A stretch of 64,000 nt of DNA from Octopus sinensis (lineage: Eukaryota). The stretch spans positions 29,574,001 to 29,638,000 of the forward strand of contig NC_043014.1 in assembly GCF_006345805.1 (NCBI RefSeq). The letters run 5' to 3'. This document shows positions 1-13,551 of this stretch, piece after piece. Position 1 is the stretch's first letter. Every line of letters starts with the position of its first letter. Under the pieces are notes generated by a model. That model did not search any database and was not told the origin of the DNA. It saw only the letters and a list, made by a program, of their open reading frames with translations. A program made the position numbers and the translations under genes.

Positions 1-183
1 ATGCTTCGACTCCGCCTTGAAGGGTTTTAGTCGAACAAATCGACCCCAGGACTTCTTATTTTTTTAAGCCAAGTACTTATACTATTGGCCGGTTTTGCCG
101 AATCGCTAAGTTACGAGGACGCAAACCAATGTCGGTTGTCAAGCGGTGGTGCTGGGCAAACAGACACACACGCGCGCATATAT

Positions 184-219
<36 letters not shown>

Positions 220-221
220 CA

Positions 222-560
222 GCTCTTTTTTTCGACAATGGAACTGCAACTGTAACATCCTACATATGTTTTTATTTCTTGACCACAAGTGGCCTGAACT
301 CTTTACATGAACACCACCCTGTACATAACTCCATGTCCCCCTACATGGCCTTGCTTTTTACTTTTTGAGCCAAAGAATTAACTAACTAACTTTTATTTTT
401 ATTCTCTTATTTCCCTTTATACTTCCTATATCCACCCTTTTCCAGAATAACTCCTTTTATTGAACTCTACTATTTTCATCTATTTAACTCTCTCGTATCG
501 TCTCTGATGAATGGATATCCCTAATATCCCAGAAACTACTGTAAGACTACCTTTCTCTTT
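222..560 (+). mobile_element. Probable 3' end (pLTR) fragment of a Penelope-like element
   Basis: Abuts (TA)n; LTTSGLN resembles a GIY-YIG C-terminal motif; ends with a hammerhead motif at 500-547. Confidence 0.55.
500..547 (+). ncRNA. Minimal type I hammerhead ribozyme motif (canonical core)
   Basis: Stem I GTCT/AGAC; core CTGATGA 504-510; stem II GGATAT-ccc ta-ATATCC; GAAAC 532-536; short stem III; cleavage triplet GTA 541-543. Confidence 0.7.
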
Positions 561-1200
561 ATAAATGTCCTATAATTTCCACACAGCGGTTCTTCTTCAG
601 CTTACGGAACAACCAAAAGTCGCAGGGAACAAAGTATGGATTGTATGGAGGATGAGGGTCAGTCTTGATGCCTACCTGTCAAATAGTTGCAACCAGTCCG
701 AGAGGAAGGGCTCAGACCTATTACGACTCAATCTCTTATTGAACTCCCACAAAACCTCCACAAAGTACTCTTTGTTGACTGTCTGGTCAGTGGATGTAAA
801 TAGTGCCGTTGCTGTCGAAAAAAGGGATCATCATGAGCTCCTAGACTTGTTTTTTCTAGGGCCTTGGATCTGGTTGAGCCGGAATGCTTCCACTGGGCAC
901 ATTGTCTATCGATCTCTGGGTCATAATGGTAGATACGGTTTTCGTTACGGGTCACTAAAGACTCAAGTACTCTTGGATTAGTGGTAATGAGCTCAACCAT
1001 TTACCTAATGTCACCAACGCGAGTCTTTTCTTCACTGAGCTCTCTGGGAACAAACTGCACAAATTTTACGCATGTTCAGATCTTCATGAAGCATTCTACA
1101 CACAGTTGCTTTATTATCTTTATAAGCGCACCACGGCCTTCATTCAAGAAATTGCAAATTTTCTTAACCAGCCTTGTTTTCTGATGTACCTCTCCTTCCC
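560..1200 (-). pseudogene. Degenerate mariner transposase
   Basis: Minus-strand peptides FVPRELSEE and LVTRNENRIYHYDPEIDRQCAQWKHSGS match the mariner WVPREL and TGDETWVYHYDPE motifs; frameshifted. Confidence 0.85.
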
Positions 1201-1280
1201 ATTACTTTTATCGTCTCTCATCTTCTGGAATGCACATTGTGTGTGTGTATGTGTGTGTGTATGTGTGTGTGTATGTGTGC

Positions 1281-1326
<46 letters not shown>

Positions 1327-1730
1327 GTACATACAAATATATATGTACTCCTTTACCCTTTTATTTCGTTCATGCTGATATATATATATATATACATAAT
1401 TAAATGTAATACGTTAGATCCCTTTATATATATATAAATATAAATATTTTTTAAAAAACTAAATAAATAGATATAAGAAATATCTATCGTAACTAATATT
1501 TATCAATATACATATACTTACTTATTTCAGTCATTTAACTGAGGACATGCTTCGACTCCGCCTTGAAGGGTTTTAGTCGAACAAATCGACCCCAGGACTT
1601 CTTATTTTTTAAGCCAAGTACTTATACTATTGGCCGTTTTGCCGAATCGCTAAGTTACGAGGACGCAAACCAATGTCGGTTGTCAAGCGGTGGTGCTGGG
1701 CAAACAGACACACACGCGCGCATATATATA

Positions 1731-1777
<47 letters not shown>

Positions 1778-2373
1778 ACGGTCTTCTTCAGTTTCTGTCA
1801 ACCAAATCCACTCACAAGCTATTGGTAAATCGGAAAGGCCCGAGGCTTTAGTAGAAAGCACCGTAATAGTTGTCACGCAGTGAGACTCAACCCAGAATCA
1901 TGTGGTTGCGAAGGAAGCTTCCTACCATACACCTATGCCTGCGTTTATGTGTGTGTGTGTGTGGTGTGTGTGTGTGCGTGTGTACATACAAATATATATG
2001 TACTCCTTTACCCTTTTATTTCGTTCATGCTGATATATATATATATATACATAATTAAATGTAATACGTTAGATCCCTTTATATATATATAAATATAAAT
2101 ATTTTTTAAAAAACTAAATAAATAGATATAAGAAATATCTATCGTAACTAATATTTATCAATATACATATACTTACTTATTTCAGTCATTTAACTGAGGA
2201 CATGCTTCGACTCCGCCTTGAAGGGTTTTAGTCGAACAAATCGACCCCAGGACTTCTTATTTTTTTAAGCCAAGTACTTATACTATTGGCCGGTTTTGCC
2301 GAATCGCTAAGTTACGAGGACGCAAACCAATGTCGGTTGTCAAGCGGTGGTGCTGGGCAAACAGACACACACG

Positions 2374-2436
<63 letters not shown>

Positions 2437-2605
2437 GACGGTCTTCTTCAGTTTCTGTCAACCAAATCCACTCACAAGCTATTGGTAAATCGGAAAGGCC
2501 CGAGGCTTTAGTAGAAAGCACCGTAATAGTTGTCACGCAGTGAGACTCAACCCAGAATCATGTGGTTGCGAAGGAAGCTTCCTACCATACACCTATGCCT
2601 GCGTT

Positions 2606-2644
<39 letters not shown>

Positions 2645-2647
<3 letters not shown>

Positions 2648-2812
2648 TGTGTTCATCTACGTGGCTGTGTGGTAAGAAGCTTGCTTCCCAACCACATAGT
2701 TCTGGGTTCAGTGTCACTGCGTGTCTCCTTGAGTAGTGCATTCTACTATAGCCTCGGACCGACCAAAGCTTTGTGAGTGAATTTGGCTGATGAAAACTGA
2801 AAGAAGGCCGTC

Positions 2813-2843
<31 letters not shown>

Positions 2844-3105
2844 ACGGGGATATATATATACATATGTACATATATATATATGTATATATATATTTGTGTG
2901 TCTATGTTTGTGCCCCCACCGTCGTCGCTTGACATCCAATGTTGGTGTGTTTACGTCCCCATAAGTTAGCGGTACGGTAAAAGAGATCGATAGAATTAAT
3001 TCTAGGCTTATAAAGAATAAGTCTTAGGGTCGAGTTGTTCCACTAAAGGCGGTACTCGAGCATGGCCGCTGTGAAATAACTGAAACAAGAGAGTAAAAGA
3101 AATAT
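2645..3105 (+). mobile_element. Composite tRNA-derived SINE (family A: tRNA-like head, internal TA/TG microsatellite, 3' half ending gaaacaag...taaaaga)
   Basis: A-box-like ggctgtgtggt and B-box-like ggttcagtgtc; same two-part layout as the copies at 7714, 14818, 36438 and 45987. Confidence 0.85.
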
Positions 3106-3204
3106 ATATATATATATCGATTTCACCGCCTATCATTTTTCGTGCGCGCGCACACGTACATCACTACTCGATCTATATATTCGGTATTGTTAAACAGGAA
3201 ACAT

Positions 3205-3242
3205 TACTCTCCGACGAAGTATCTTAACCGAAACGTTGACTT
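3205..3242 (+). ncRNA. Degenerate hammerhead-like motif with CCGACGA core
   Basis: CCGACGA 3211-3217, short stem II, GAAACGTT 3230-3237 (palindromic minimal stem III); stem I is mismatched. Confidence 0.4.
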
Positions 3243-4236
3243 TTTCTCCCATTCCCCACGGGAAACCAACGTATTCTACTTCTGAACTATATATAGACAT
3301 TTTTTCGTGAATGTGTGTGTTTGTGTGTGCGTATGTGTTTGAGTGTTGTTTATATGTGCCTTCCTTTTTACCTATTAGCCTGTCTAGTTTTCTCTTTCTT
3401 TCCTTTCTGACTGTCTGTCTGTCTTCCTTCTTCTCTTTCCCTCCCTCTCACTATCTCTCTTTCTCTTTCTCTCTCTTTCTGTTTCCTTTTCTCTGTCTGA
3501 GTTCCTATGTGATATTAAAGTATGAAAAGAGCCAAACTATAAGCTTCTGGCGAGGTCATAAATCTATGTCAAATCTGGCAGAGTAAGGACATATGTCAGC
3601 TAAAAATCTAAGTCGCGCCATCAAACCAACCAATGGCAGCCTGCTTCACTCTTCACTTAAACTCCGCCTTCGTTGATAACAGTTTTTGAAAATAGATAGC
3701 CGCGCGCTTTTATTTCTTATACTTTGGATCTCTTTCTCTCTTTACCTTTCTCACTCTTTCCCTTTCTCCCTTTTTTACTCTTCCCCCTCCCTCTCGTCTA
3801 ATCTATGTATCTCAAGCTCACTAACATTTTTATCTGACTGCATTTCCCAGTATGTTTCTTACTATATTCCTACTATATATCTATTTCACAAACATTTTCT
3901 CTGTCCCTCATATTTTTTGTCTATCTTATTCTTGTTTCCTCCTCTTCTCTCTCTTTCCTTTCTGCTCCATCTTTCCCATCGACATTTCTTCCTATCGCTA
4001 ACGCATTATTTTTTTCTCTCTGTCAGGCAATACCTTTTCACTCTCTACGGAACACTATCTCACTTTCCTTTCCCTCACCCTCAATTTCTTTCACCCCTCG
4101 TTTCCCTAAGACGTTTTCTTTTCTTTTTTTTCTCTTTATCATAACGTTGTCTGTTTGGCCCCCTCTTCCTTTTTCACTAATTTTACTCTACTCTGTATAT
4201 ACTTTTACCTGTTTGTGCACACACACACACACGTAA

Positions 4237-4298
<62 letters not shown>

Positions 4299-4415
4299 TT
4301 ACTTGGAATGGACGCGTGGCGTTCAATCAAATAATAATATAAATAATATATATACATACACACACACGCGCGCATACACACACACACACACACATACACA
4401 CACAAACATACACAC

Positions 4416-4836
4416 ATGCATATATGGGTACAGGTCGTCACCAACAGTAAGCAACTTGAAATACGAAAACAATGAGTTCAATACGCAAACAACGAGAGAA
4501 ACAAATGGAAAAAAGGACAAGTAACATAAAGAACGACCCTTCATCAGTTGTCGGCTGTCAATCTGTTCCTCATTTCGAGCATTGAACGACAATATGGATC
4601 TTCGAATTGCTCACACGTGACCATCGTCAATCTATCTTTTCCTCACGTGATCATCTTTCTTTTCTTTCAGGGTTGTCCTAAGGACTGGACGTCTCCTATA
4701 TCTCTCTCTTCTATCCTTTCTTTTGTCATTCCATTTGTCATTTCCATTTGTTTCTCTCGTTGTTTGCATATTGAACTCATTGTTTTCGTATGTCATGTTG
4801 TTTACCTTTGGTGACGTCCTGTACCCAGACATGCAT
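4416..4836. repeat. Imperfect inverted repeat (about 95-bp arms), PLE-terminus-like
   Basis: 4416-4511 is the reverse complement of about 4741-4836; the spacer holds a minus-strand CTGATGAAGG half-motif at about 4537-4548. Confidence 0.7.
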
Positions 4837-6069
4837 GCGTGTGTGTATATATCAATGTATGTATGTATGTATGTATGTATGTATGTATATGCAGTTACGC
4901 ATTGAGGTCGATGTAATCGACTTAATCCATTTGTCTGTCCTTATTTGTCCTCTCTATGTTTAGCCCCTTGTTGGTAATAAAGAAACAGATATATATCATA
5001 TTACATATGATATATATATATATTCATCAGTATATGTATGTGTTAACGTACATACGTATTTGCAACTAACCTCTATAACAGAGTACGATCGTCTCTGATT
5101 TTAGGTTAGAAACATTTTTAAGGGAGTATTCCAAAAGTAGTCTTTCTGAAATTCTTTTTATTTTTGCATTAAATCCGTTATCTCTTATTTTATTTTTATT
5201 TTTACATACTAGGGTCTGCAGGAACTGCTAGATAGAAATTTCTTTGGTAAAGACTAAAAGACCTATACTAAGAATAATTAAAATTATTACAATGCCAAAA
5301 TACGGCGAAAAGAAGTATTCGTATTTGATTGGTGAAAGTGGAAAATCAAGCCCCAAATACAAAACCCGTGCGCTAATGATCTCTCCAGTTTCACACGAAG
5401 AATGGTACAAGTATGTACTGTCATAGAGGTCAGCTGCCCTGTTGATGTAAATAACTCTTCGAAAATCGAAGAGAAAGGGGTTAACTATGGACAACTGCAT
5501 CAATACTTCATCTTTATTAATCCGTATTTATACTAATAATATTTAATGCACTTGGTTTGTGAGTAAATACCTAAGTGACAATCTGAATAAGCTAAGGTTT
5601 CCAGAAAAAAATCAACCAACTAACTCGCACATTACAAATACAATCTGCAAGTGGAACATTAATGCGTGACATTTCTCAAGTTTAAAATGTAACGTTGCTT
5701 TTGTTATCTACATTCCAACGATGGAGTTTTTAATTTTTGTTAGAAACCAACTCCTTTCTTACAGAAAGATTTCAAATATTTATAAAATAGAAGAAAACAT
5801 ACATACATACATACATATGCAATTACGTGTATACGTGTATATGTGTGTATGTATGTGTGCACGTGTGCATGTATGAAATCATATATATGTGAGTGCATGT
5901 TACATGAGTGTTCTAACATGAGTAATGCGAAAACATTGTTATTAACGAGTATAGATCGTTCAAATTGCTCATTTTGGTAAAGTAACCCTTCTTTAGTAAC
6001 TCTTCTTCAGTAACTCTTCTTTAGTATCTCTTTTAACAATTCTTCACTGCAGAAGGAACGTGCCGACAA

Positions 6070-6780
6070 ATAAGAGGTTATATGCAGAAGGAAGTACCGT
6101 CATTGACTTCTTGGCGAAGGAGGGTTGCATGCGCTCAAGTCTACAAGTTGTTTACTGAGATAATACCATTGGCAAGAACAAAGTCCACAGATAGAAGACT
6201 ATTTAAAGGGAATCGAACTAACAGTAAATACAAACTATGCAGTGATAGATCATCAAGTGCGACTGTTGACATGAAACGCCTGTAAATGAATGAATTGATT
6301 CGCAGTAATAGATGAATCACAATTTGTGAGACCATTGGTCTGCGATCACAATGCATTACAGAAGACGGTGGAAGACTTTGCTTATTGGAAAGTGTGAGTA
6401 CAATGGGTACCCCTCAACTAGAAGTTGATTTTAAGCAGAGAATGCTGGAAGTCTGTCCTGGTCTACTGGTAGCATTTAAAGCCTATGAATACTCCACTAT
6501 TTTTTCCGATCTTTTAATATGGCCATATCTTTATGATCAGAAAATGAAAGCTCAGTTTCATGGAATAGCATCACACCACTTCTCCAAGGTCCAGAAAACT
6601 GAAGAGCAACAGAATGTTTAGTGGAATTCCAAGGACTTCATTCTCCTCGATATTCTGGAATATGGCAGTACTGTAAAGAGTAACCATTGCACCGGGATAC
6701 TAAAAAGGCTTAGGGAAACAGTTAAGCGGAAGAGACCGAAAAACGAGCCCCAATTATCATGAAAATGCATGACCACACCC
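6070..6780 (+). pseudogene. Degenerate mariner transposase
   Basis: Frameshifted matches: VIDFLAKEG, SDRSSSAT, NELIRSNR, WPYLYDQKMKAQ, ILLDILEYGSTV, ILKRLRETVKRKRP and HENA*PH (HDNARPH). Confidence 0.85.
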
Positions 6781-7502
6781 ACATTTATCTCTCACACCTC
6801 CTTACATATAGTTCTAATTCATGAGCTCCAAAAGATTTTCAAATTTTATCTTCTTAAATAGTAAGGCGTTGTGCTTAGCAAATGCTCATGTTGCTGAAAA
6901 CTATGCATTTATATGAACCAGAATTACAGTAATAACGCCTGTTAAATTATTACAGGATCTTGTGGAGGAAGGAGGTAATTTGCATGGCGTTTCGTGCGCC
7001 GTTGGATATTTTTAAGCGATCTAAATAACAGCTTAAATATTTCAAAATGATAGACATTAAATGAAAAATATGTCTTTGTTAACCTTTGTGTGTGTGTGAA
7101 CGTGAGCGTTTATGTATGTATGTATGTATGTATGTATGTATGTATGTATGTGTGTGTGTGAGAGAGTATGTGTGTTTGTGTGTGTAATATTTTGTGTGCA
7201 TATTTGTGTCAGTGGGCACTCATATAGAGGGAGTGACTGATGAGGACGTACGATTTATAACTAAAATGCAAAGAAAAGAGTCTGCCGAGAAGAATGACAT
7301 ACTTTGTCGTATATCTTATTGGTATGAGGCTATATATTTATATGAATCCATCTATGTTAGTCAATAGCAGAATCGTTGGGCGAATCTTAAGTTATCGGTT
7401 CTGGATCTTTCAATCTTAATTCAACTCTCGGCGAGATTAATTTTACTTTCCATCCTTTCTGAGACCATAAAAAGTAAGCAGTCAAGAACGGGGATCGTAC
7501 TA

Positions 7503-7591
<89 letters not shown>

Positions 7592-7713
7592 TGTGTGTGT
7601 GTGCTGGGTGTGTTTGTCTGCGTATCTTGTGTGCACGTACGCTTTCGTGCGCGAGCAAGAGTATGAGTGTAATTTACTTGGGAAGATCATTTTGTCATTA
7701 AAAATATGCAATA

Positions 7714-7884
7714 GGCGCAGGAGTGGCTGTGTGGTAAGTAGCTTGCTAACCAACCACATGGTTCCAGGTTCAGTCCCACTGTGTGGCATCTTCGGCAAGT
7801 GTCTTCTGCTATAGCCCCGGGCCGACCAATGCCTTGTGAGTGGATTTGGTAGACGGAAACTGAAAGAAGCCTGTCGTATATATG

Positions 7885-7915
<31 letters not shown>

Positions 7916-8142
7916 ATGTGTATGTGCGTGTGTTTGTGTGTGTGTGTTTGTCCCTCTAACATTGCTTGACAACCGATGCTGGTGTGTTTACGTCCCCGTC
8001 ACTTAGCGGTTCGGCAAAAGAGACCGATAGAATAAGTACTGGGCTTACAAAGAATAAGTCCCGGGGTCGATTTGCTCGACTAAAGGCGGTGCTCCAGCAT
8101 GGCCGCAGTCAAATGACTGAAACAAGTAAAAGAGTAAAAGAG
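7714..8142 (+). mobile_element. Full-length composite SINE, family A
   Basis: ggcgcaggagtggctgtgtggtaagtagc head, internal (TA)n(TG)n, tail gaaacaagtaaaagagtaaaagag. Confidence 0.92.
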
Positions 8143-8399
8143 TATACTGATTGTATTTCGTTTTTTTTTATTGCTATTAGTCAATTGGTTAACTAATTAA
8201 CAAATTTACTAATAGTTTGTTTCACCAATTAACTAATAGTTTGTTTTATCAAAACAAACAGATGTCTCACCAGAATCTTTTGCCACCATTGCATACTCCT
8301 CAATAATGACCAGTTCATGGAGTGATCAAACAATTGGCCAAGGAATTTATTAGCTAATTACTTAATTAGTTAACCTCTTCCTATTCAAGCGGCCGTAAC

Positions 8400-8630
8400 C
8401 AAGATGCGTTTCACAACTCTGCAACAGGTATCTCTGTTGAAAGAGATTCGTTCTCCAGTAGGATGCAGAGGCCTTAAAAATATATCATCCGATATGGCCT
8501 GCAGTTCAGCATGATCGCAATAACCAGCAAAGCCCATTCTGCGTTGAGCAGCAAAAGTTGGCGTGAATGAAATATGTCCACAAATATTCTCTTTTGTCTC
8601 GGGCTCATGCTATGAGATGAAACCACACGG
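8400..8630 (-). pseudogene. Possible short mariner transposase remnant
   Basis: Minus strand HEPETKE resembles YEPETKRQS; downstream residues are only loosely mariner-like. Confidence 0.4.
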
Positions 8631-8994
8631 AAAGTTAATTCATTAACGATAATGATGATGACGACGACGACGACGACGACGATGATGATGATAATGATGA
8701 TGATGATGATGATGACTGACGACGACGACGACGATGATGATAAAAATAGTAATTCAAAGAAACGAAATCGAACTAATGTACGTTTTTACGAACATAACGT
8801 ATATCGTTACTTAGCAATCGATATACATACATACATACATAATACATACTTACGTGTATGTATGTATGTATGTATGTATGTATGTACGTATGTATGTATG
8901 TAGGTATGTATGGATGATGTATGTATGTATGTATGCATGTATGTTTGTCTGTCTGTCTGTCTATGTATGTTGCTGACTTTTTCATCTACCCCGA

Positions 8995-9530
8995 AAGCTC
9001 TGTACAAAATGATGGAAATCTGGACACAGAAATACATCTGCGGATTCAAAGGACAAGTATTTGGAGGATTGCATTTACGCGTTTGGCGCCGGCTCTTTAT
9101 AAATCATTTGTTTTACCATCCCTGTTGTATTTCTCTGAAACATGGGCGTGTTATGAAAACTTTCAAATTGTTAGAACTATTCCACCAAAAATGCCTTCGC
9201 CGCATTTTAAACATTAATGTTTTTTTACTCCAGAAACTGAGATAGTCTGGCCATATTGTTCGAATGGAGGATGAACGCACACCCAAACAGAGGGGAAATG
9301 TAAGCGGTGTATACCTAAAAGGAGGTTTAAGGACGGCATAAGAACTACCATGATGTTACTTGGAATGGATCCAAAGGCCATAAAAACCCTTGCTTCGGCT
9401 CGAGCTGGATGGTGAACAAAAGTGTGGAGTGGAGTGAAAGCTTTTGAGGAAGCCAAGGTTGAAACATGCAAGACTAAAGAGAGATTTAAAGACAAATGTT
9501 GCAATCAAGGAGAAGGCAAATCTCAAAGAC
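8995..9530 (+). mobile_element. RTE-clade LINE 3' fragment (RT C-terminal region)
   Basis: DGNLDTEIHLRIQ, LYKSFVLPSLLYFSETW, LELFHQKCLRRILNI and KRRFKD motifs across frames. Confidence 0.88.
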
Positions 9531-10264
9531 TTTTTCGCTTGCACAGTTTGTGACGGTCCATGACTTTCCTTTGCTGGGGTCAAATCTCATTTGCGGACCC
9601 ATGAAACATGAACCTCCACCAGCTACTCTGCCTAGTTATCTGTGCATACCTTTCAATGCCATGTATACCATAAGCTCTGGTAATCTAAAGGAGGTCTCAA
9701 AAGACATTTTAAGATCCACAAAGATCAGAAATATATATATATATATATAGATACTCTCAATGAACCAACAGTAAACAATTAGTCATTTCTCAGTAGTTGT
9801 ATAATAACAAAGCAAATGCCGCACGCAATTGAAATTAAATGCATTTGCTGAAAGAAATCTGAACCGCTTGAATTTCGCATTAGTTTCAAATAAAAATGTA
9901 ACGACCGAACTTTACTTTGTGGAAGCAAGGAAAAGAAAAATATTTAATCTGTATTAATTTTAATTCTATACTCTACACTGAGACAAGTCAAGAGAATAGT
10001 TAATGCTAGAAGTGAGCCTCTTAGGAGTTTGTTGTACTCAAGTTAAGTGAAACGTTTACCTTATTTCTTTCTTTTTCTTTATTTTATTTCCATGTGTATC
10101 TTTAATACAATCTAACATCTTCTTTAAACAACTTTTTCATACTTATCAATAAACTTGTGTGAATTTAGTTGACGGAAACTTTGTGGAAGCTGATCCTAGA
10201 CACACATACATACACAAGTAATCATACAGATATGATATTGTGCGTGTGTGTGTGTGTTCACGAG

Positions 10265-10307
<43 letters not shown>

Positions 10308-10704
10308 GCATATGTATATATATATATGCATATGTGTATATATATATATGTGTGTGTGTGTATGTGTGTGTGTGTGTATGTGTGTGTGTGTGTATGTGTG
10401 TGTGTGTGTATGTGTGTGTGTGTGTGTGTGTATGTGTGTGTGTAGAATGTTGAAAAGTGACACATGATTTGATGTGTATAAGGAAAATATGATAAGGTAG
10501 AAAATGCTGAAATAATTTTATGACGAAATACATTTTGTAATGGTTAGTACCGGTTTCTGATTTTTCTATATATTCATCTAAGAGTAAAACAAAGGTGGAT
10601 ATTAATTAAGAAGAAAAACAATTAAATTGAGGAAAAAATTAAATGAAATGTTTTGTAAATATTTCCATAGTTTTCAGTAAGTAGGACATTCCCCCCCCCC
10701 TCTC

Positions 10705-10804
10705 NNNNNNNNNNNNNNNNNNNNNNNNNNNNNNNNNNNNNNNNNNNNNNNNNNNNNNNNNNNNNNNNNNNNNNNNNNNNNNNNNNNNNNNNNNNNNNNN
10801 NNNN
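10705..10804. other. Assembly gap (100 N)
   Basis: Run of exactly 100 N, typical of an unknown-size scaffolding gap. Confidence 0.99.
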
Positions 10805-11690
10805 ATATGATATATTGAGCATGAACGAGGAAGTCGATTGAAGAAGTGGTGCTTTTTTTTTTTTACTCCCAAGTTAAGCTTGATTGAGCAGATATGGAAA
10901 GGGCAAGTGAAACAAATAACGTTAGAGAAAAAGAGAGAAGAGGGGGAAGGAAGAGGCGGAGGCAGAAAAAGAAAAAAAATGAGTGGATGAGAAATGAAAT
11001 AGGGATAATAATAAAATTAGAAAGATAACTGAGAAAAAACTAAAGAATCGTTATCCTGATTGACTGTTGTGTCGTCGAGACAGTGGTTGGGCCTGTCACG
11101 TGATCAAAAGTCACATTGTGCCTTCTCCGCCTTTTTTCAACTCTGTTTATCTCATTAATAAACTTAACATTTTGTGGACCTCCTCCATGTTCACTTCTGT
11201 CTCTTTTTCATCTATAATTAGAAACATCCACGCACACACACAATTATTCACACACGCGCGCATACACACATATTCACCATGCATTGTATACTATGTGTAT
11301 GTAACAATAGGTACTGATATTCACGATATGTATAATAATACAAACATGATATATGCAAATAAATATATGTATATACTATAAATTCAATTAGAGAGATGCT
11401 CATGTGCGTATGTGTGTACGTAAGTGCATATATATGTATTAACACACAAATATATATACTCACACATATACATGCGTTATATTTATTGTGCGTATCTATA
11501 TTGCACATTTACGTCAAATGTATAGAAAAAAATTTTAATTCATGTATTTACACATTATACGTACATATATATATGTACATATGTATACATACATACATAC
11601 ATATATTATATATATATATACATACATACATACATATTATATATACACACAACACACACACACACACATATATATATATATGTATGTATG

Positions 11691-11769
<79 letters not shown>

Positions 11770-12344
11770 AAGGAATACCAAAAGTGGGACAAGGACGCAA
11801 AAATATCCAGACAGACGATACAGAAAAACAAGGACGGGTCATTCGGAGTTTTCTTTCTTCAGTTGAGTTCCAGGATTATATTTGCAATTTCAGCTGGTTA
11901 TACTCAAGTTTGCTCCAATCTGGCCAGCCCTAAGGAAAAACTAAACTCAGAGCACTTGATTCCTTGGAAGAAATCAGTGAATGTATACGAAAACTAGGAC
12001 GGGAAAAAAAGGAGAAATGGTACACAAGTACAAATGCTAATAAAGGACATTAACAACAGGTGTCTTTCGACTAAGGACGAATTGAATTAAGCTGGCGTGT
12101 GTGGAAGTCACGTGGAGAGAGAAGAGAGGTAGAGGGATGGAAGAATTAGGGAGGGAAGAGAAAAAAGAAAAGGGACGAGGGAAGGTGAGAATGAAGAGAA
12201 AGCCATAAAGACCGATAGAATAAGTACCAGGCTTAAATAAGAAGTACAGAGATCGATTCATTCATTCTGCTAAAAATCCAAGACCGAGCCAAAGCATGAC
12301 CGCAGTATAATGACAGAAACAGGTTTTAAAATAGATATATATAT

Positions 12345-12348
12345 TCAC

Positions 12349-12379
<31 letters not shown>

Positions 12380-12855
12380 TGTATGTATGTATGTATGTAT
12401 GTATATGTATGTATGTATGAATGTATATATGTATGAATGAATGTATGTATGTATGTATGCATGTATGTATGTACGTATGTATGCAGGTATGTATGTATGT
12501 ATGTATGTATGTATGTATGTAGTACGTATGCAGATATGCATTTATGTATGTATTATGTATGTATGTATGTACGTATGTATGCAGATATGTATGTATTATG
12601 TATGTATGTACGTACGTACGTACGTACGTATGTATGTATGTATGTATGTATGTATGTATGTATGTATGTATGTATGTATGTATGTATGTATGTATGTATG
12701 TATGTATGCATGTATGTATGTATGTATGTACGTATGTATGTATGTATGTATGCAGGTATGTATGTATGTATCATGTATGTATGCAGGTATGTATGTACGT
12801 ATGTATGCTGCATGTATGTATGTATTATGTATGTATACATTGTATGTATGTATAT
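12345..12855. repeat. Long (TATG)n-type microsatellite
   Basis: Direct observation; source of the MYVC/HTYI pseudo-ORFs. Confidence 0.97.
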
Positions 12856-13150
12856 GAAGACACATAGCTCAGTGGTTAGAGCGTCGGGCTTACAATCATG
12901 AGGTAGCAGGCTGTGTTGCATACTTGAGCAAGACACTTTATTTCACGTTGCTCCAGTTCACTCAGCTGTAGAAATGAGTGGCGACGTCACTGGTGCTAAG
13001 CTGTATCGGCCTTTGCCTTTCCTTTGGATAACATCGGTGGTTTGGGGAGGGGAGATTGGTATGCATGGGCGACTGCTGGCCTTCCATAAATAACCTTGCC
13101 CGGAATGTAACTTTCAAGCTGCAATTCCATGGTCCTTCATGATCGAAGGA
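12855..13150 (+). mobile_element. tRNA-derived SINE (family C)
   Basis: tRNA-like tagctcagtggttagagc head; ttgagcaagacactttatttcac core shared with degenerate copies at about 47860-48065 (+) and 54085-54330 (-). Confidence 0.75.
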
Positions 13151-13485
13151 GCTCTGTCTGTCTGTCTGTCTGTCTGTCTGTATGTATGTATTTATGTATG
13201 TATGTATGTACATACACACACATACATATATACATACATCATGCATACATACATACATACATACATACATAATACATACATACATACATACATACATACA
13301 TACAAGTTATTGATTGTTTTTATGTATCGCTATAAATCAAAGGAATCACACATTAATTGTAGAATTACTTGAAATATTTGAATAATCTTTCTCAATTCAT
13401 TTGTACACAAGAAAATTCTGATTCACTTTGAAATTATCACCAGTAGTTGTCTTACTCTGAATGTCGGATGAAACCAGGGATAATA

Positions 13486-13550
<65 letters not shown>

Positions 13551-13551
<1 letters not shown>

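Larger units (their letters stand above)
1..2606. repeat. Recent local tandem duplication: about 655-bp unit (SINE halves + TA/TG microsatellites + unique AT-rich spacer), two full copies plus a third partial copy at the window start
   Basis: atgcttcgactccgccttgaaggg starts at 1, 1547 and 2202; the spacer tacatacaaatatatatgtactcc occurs after the TG tracts at about 1329 and 1983; copies differ mainly in homopolymer/microsatellite length. Confidence 0.9.

Noticed and set aside
1-2606. Regularly spaced repeats as a CRISPR-like array
   Set aside because: Units are hundreds of bp of SINE DNA with identical spacers in a eukaryotic context; no cas genes
3600-3710. CCAAT box and GC-rich patch
   Set aside because: Short motifs expected by chance; no exon or start evidence nearby
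5228-5503. Non-repetitive 91-aa minus ORF (and 60-aa plus ORF)
   Set aside because: No recognisable domain or splice signals; probably an unclassified repeat remnant. A BLASTx search would settle it
7246-7300. CTGATGAG hammerhead-like start
   Set aside because: No stem II closure, GAAA or stem I partner
11820-11865. Minus-strand CTGAAGA...CGAAT hammerhead-like motif in a repeat
   Set aside because: Lacks the A15.1-U16.1 pair and has only a 3-bp stem I; too degenerate to call
12860-12900. tRNA-like sequence
   Set aside because: No T-arm or acceptor stem; it is a SINE head
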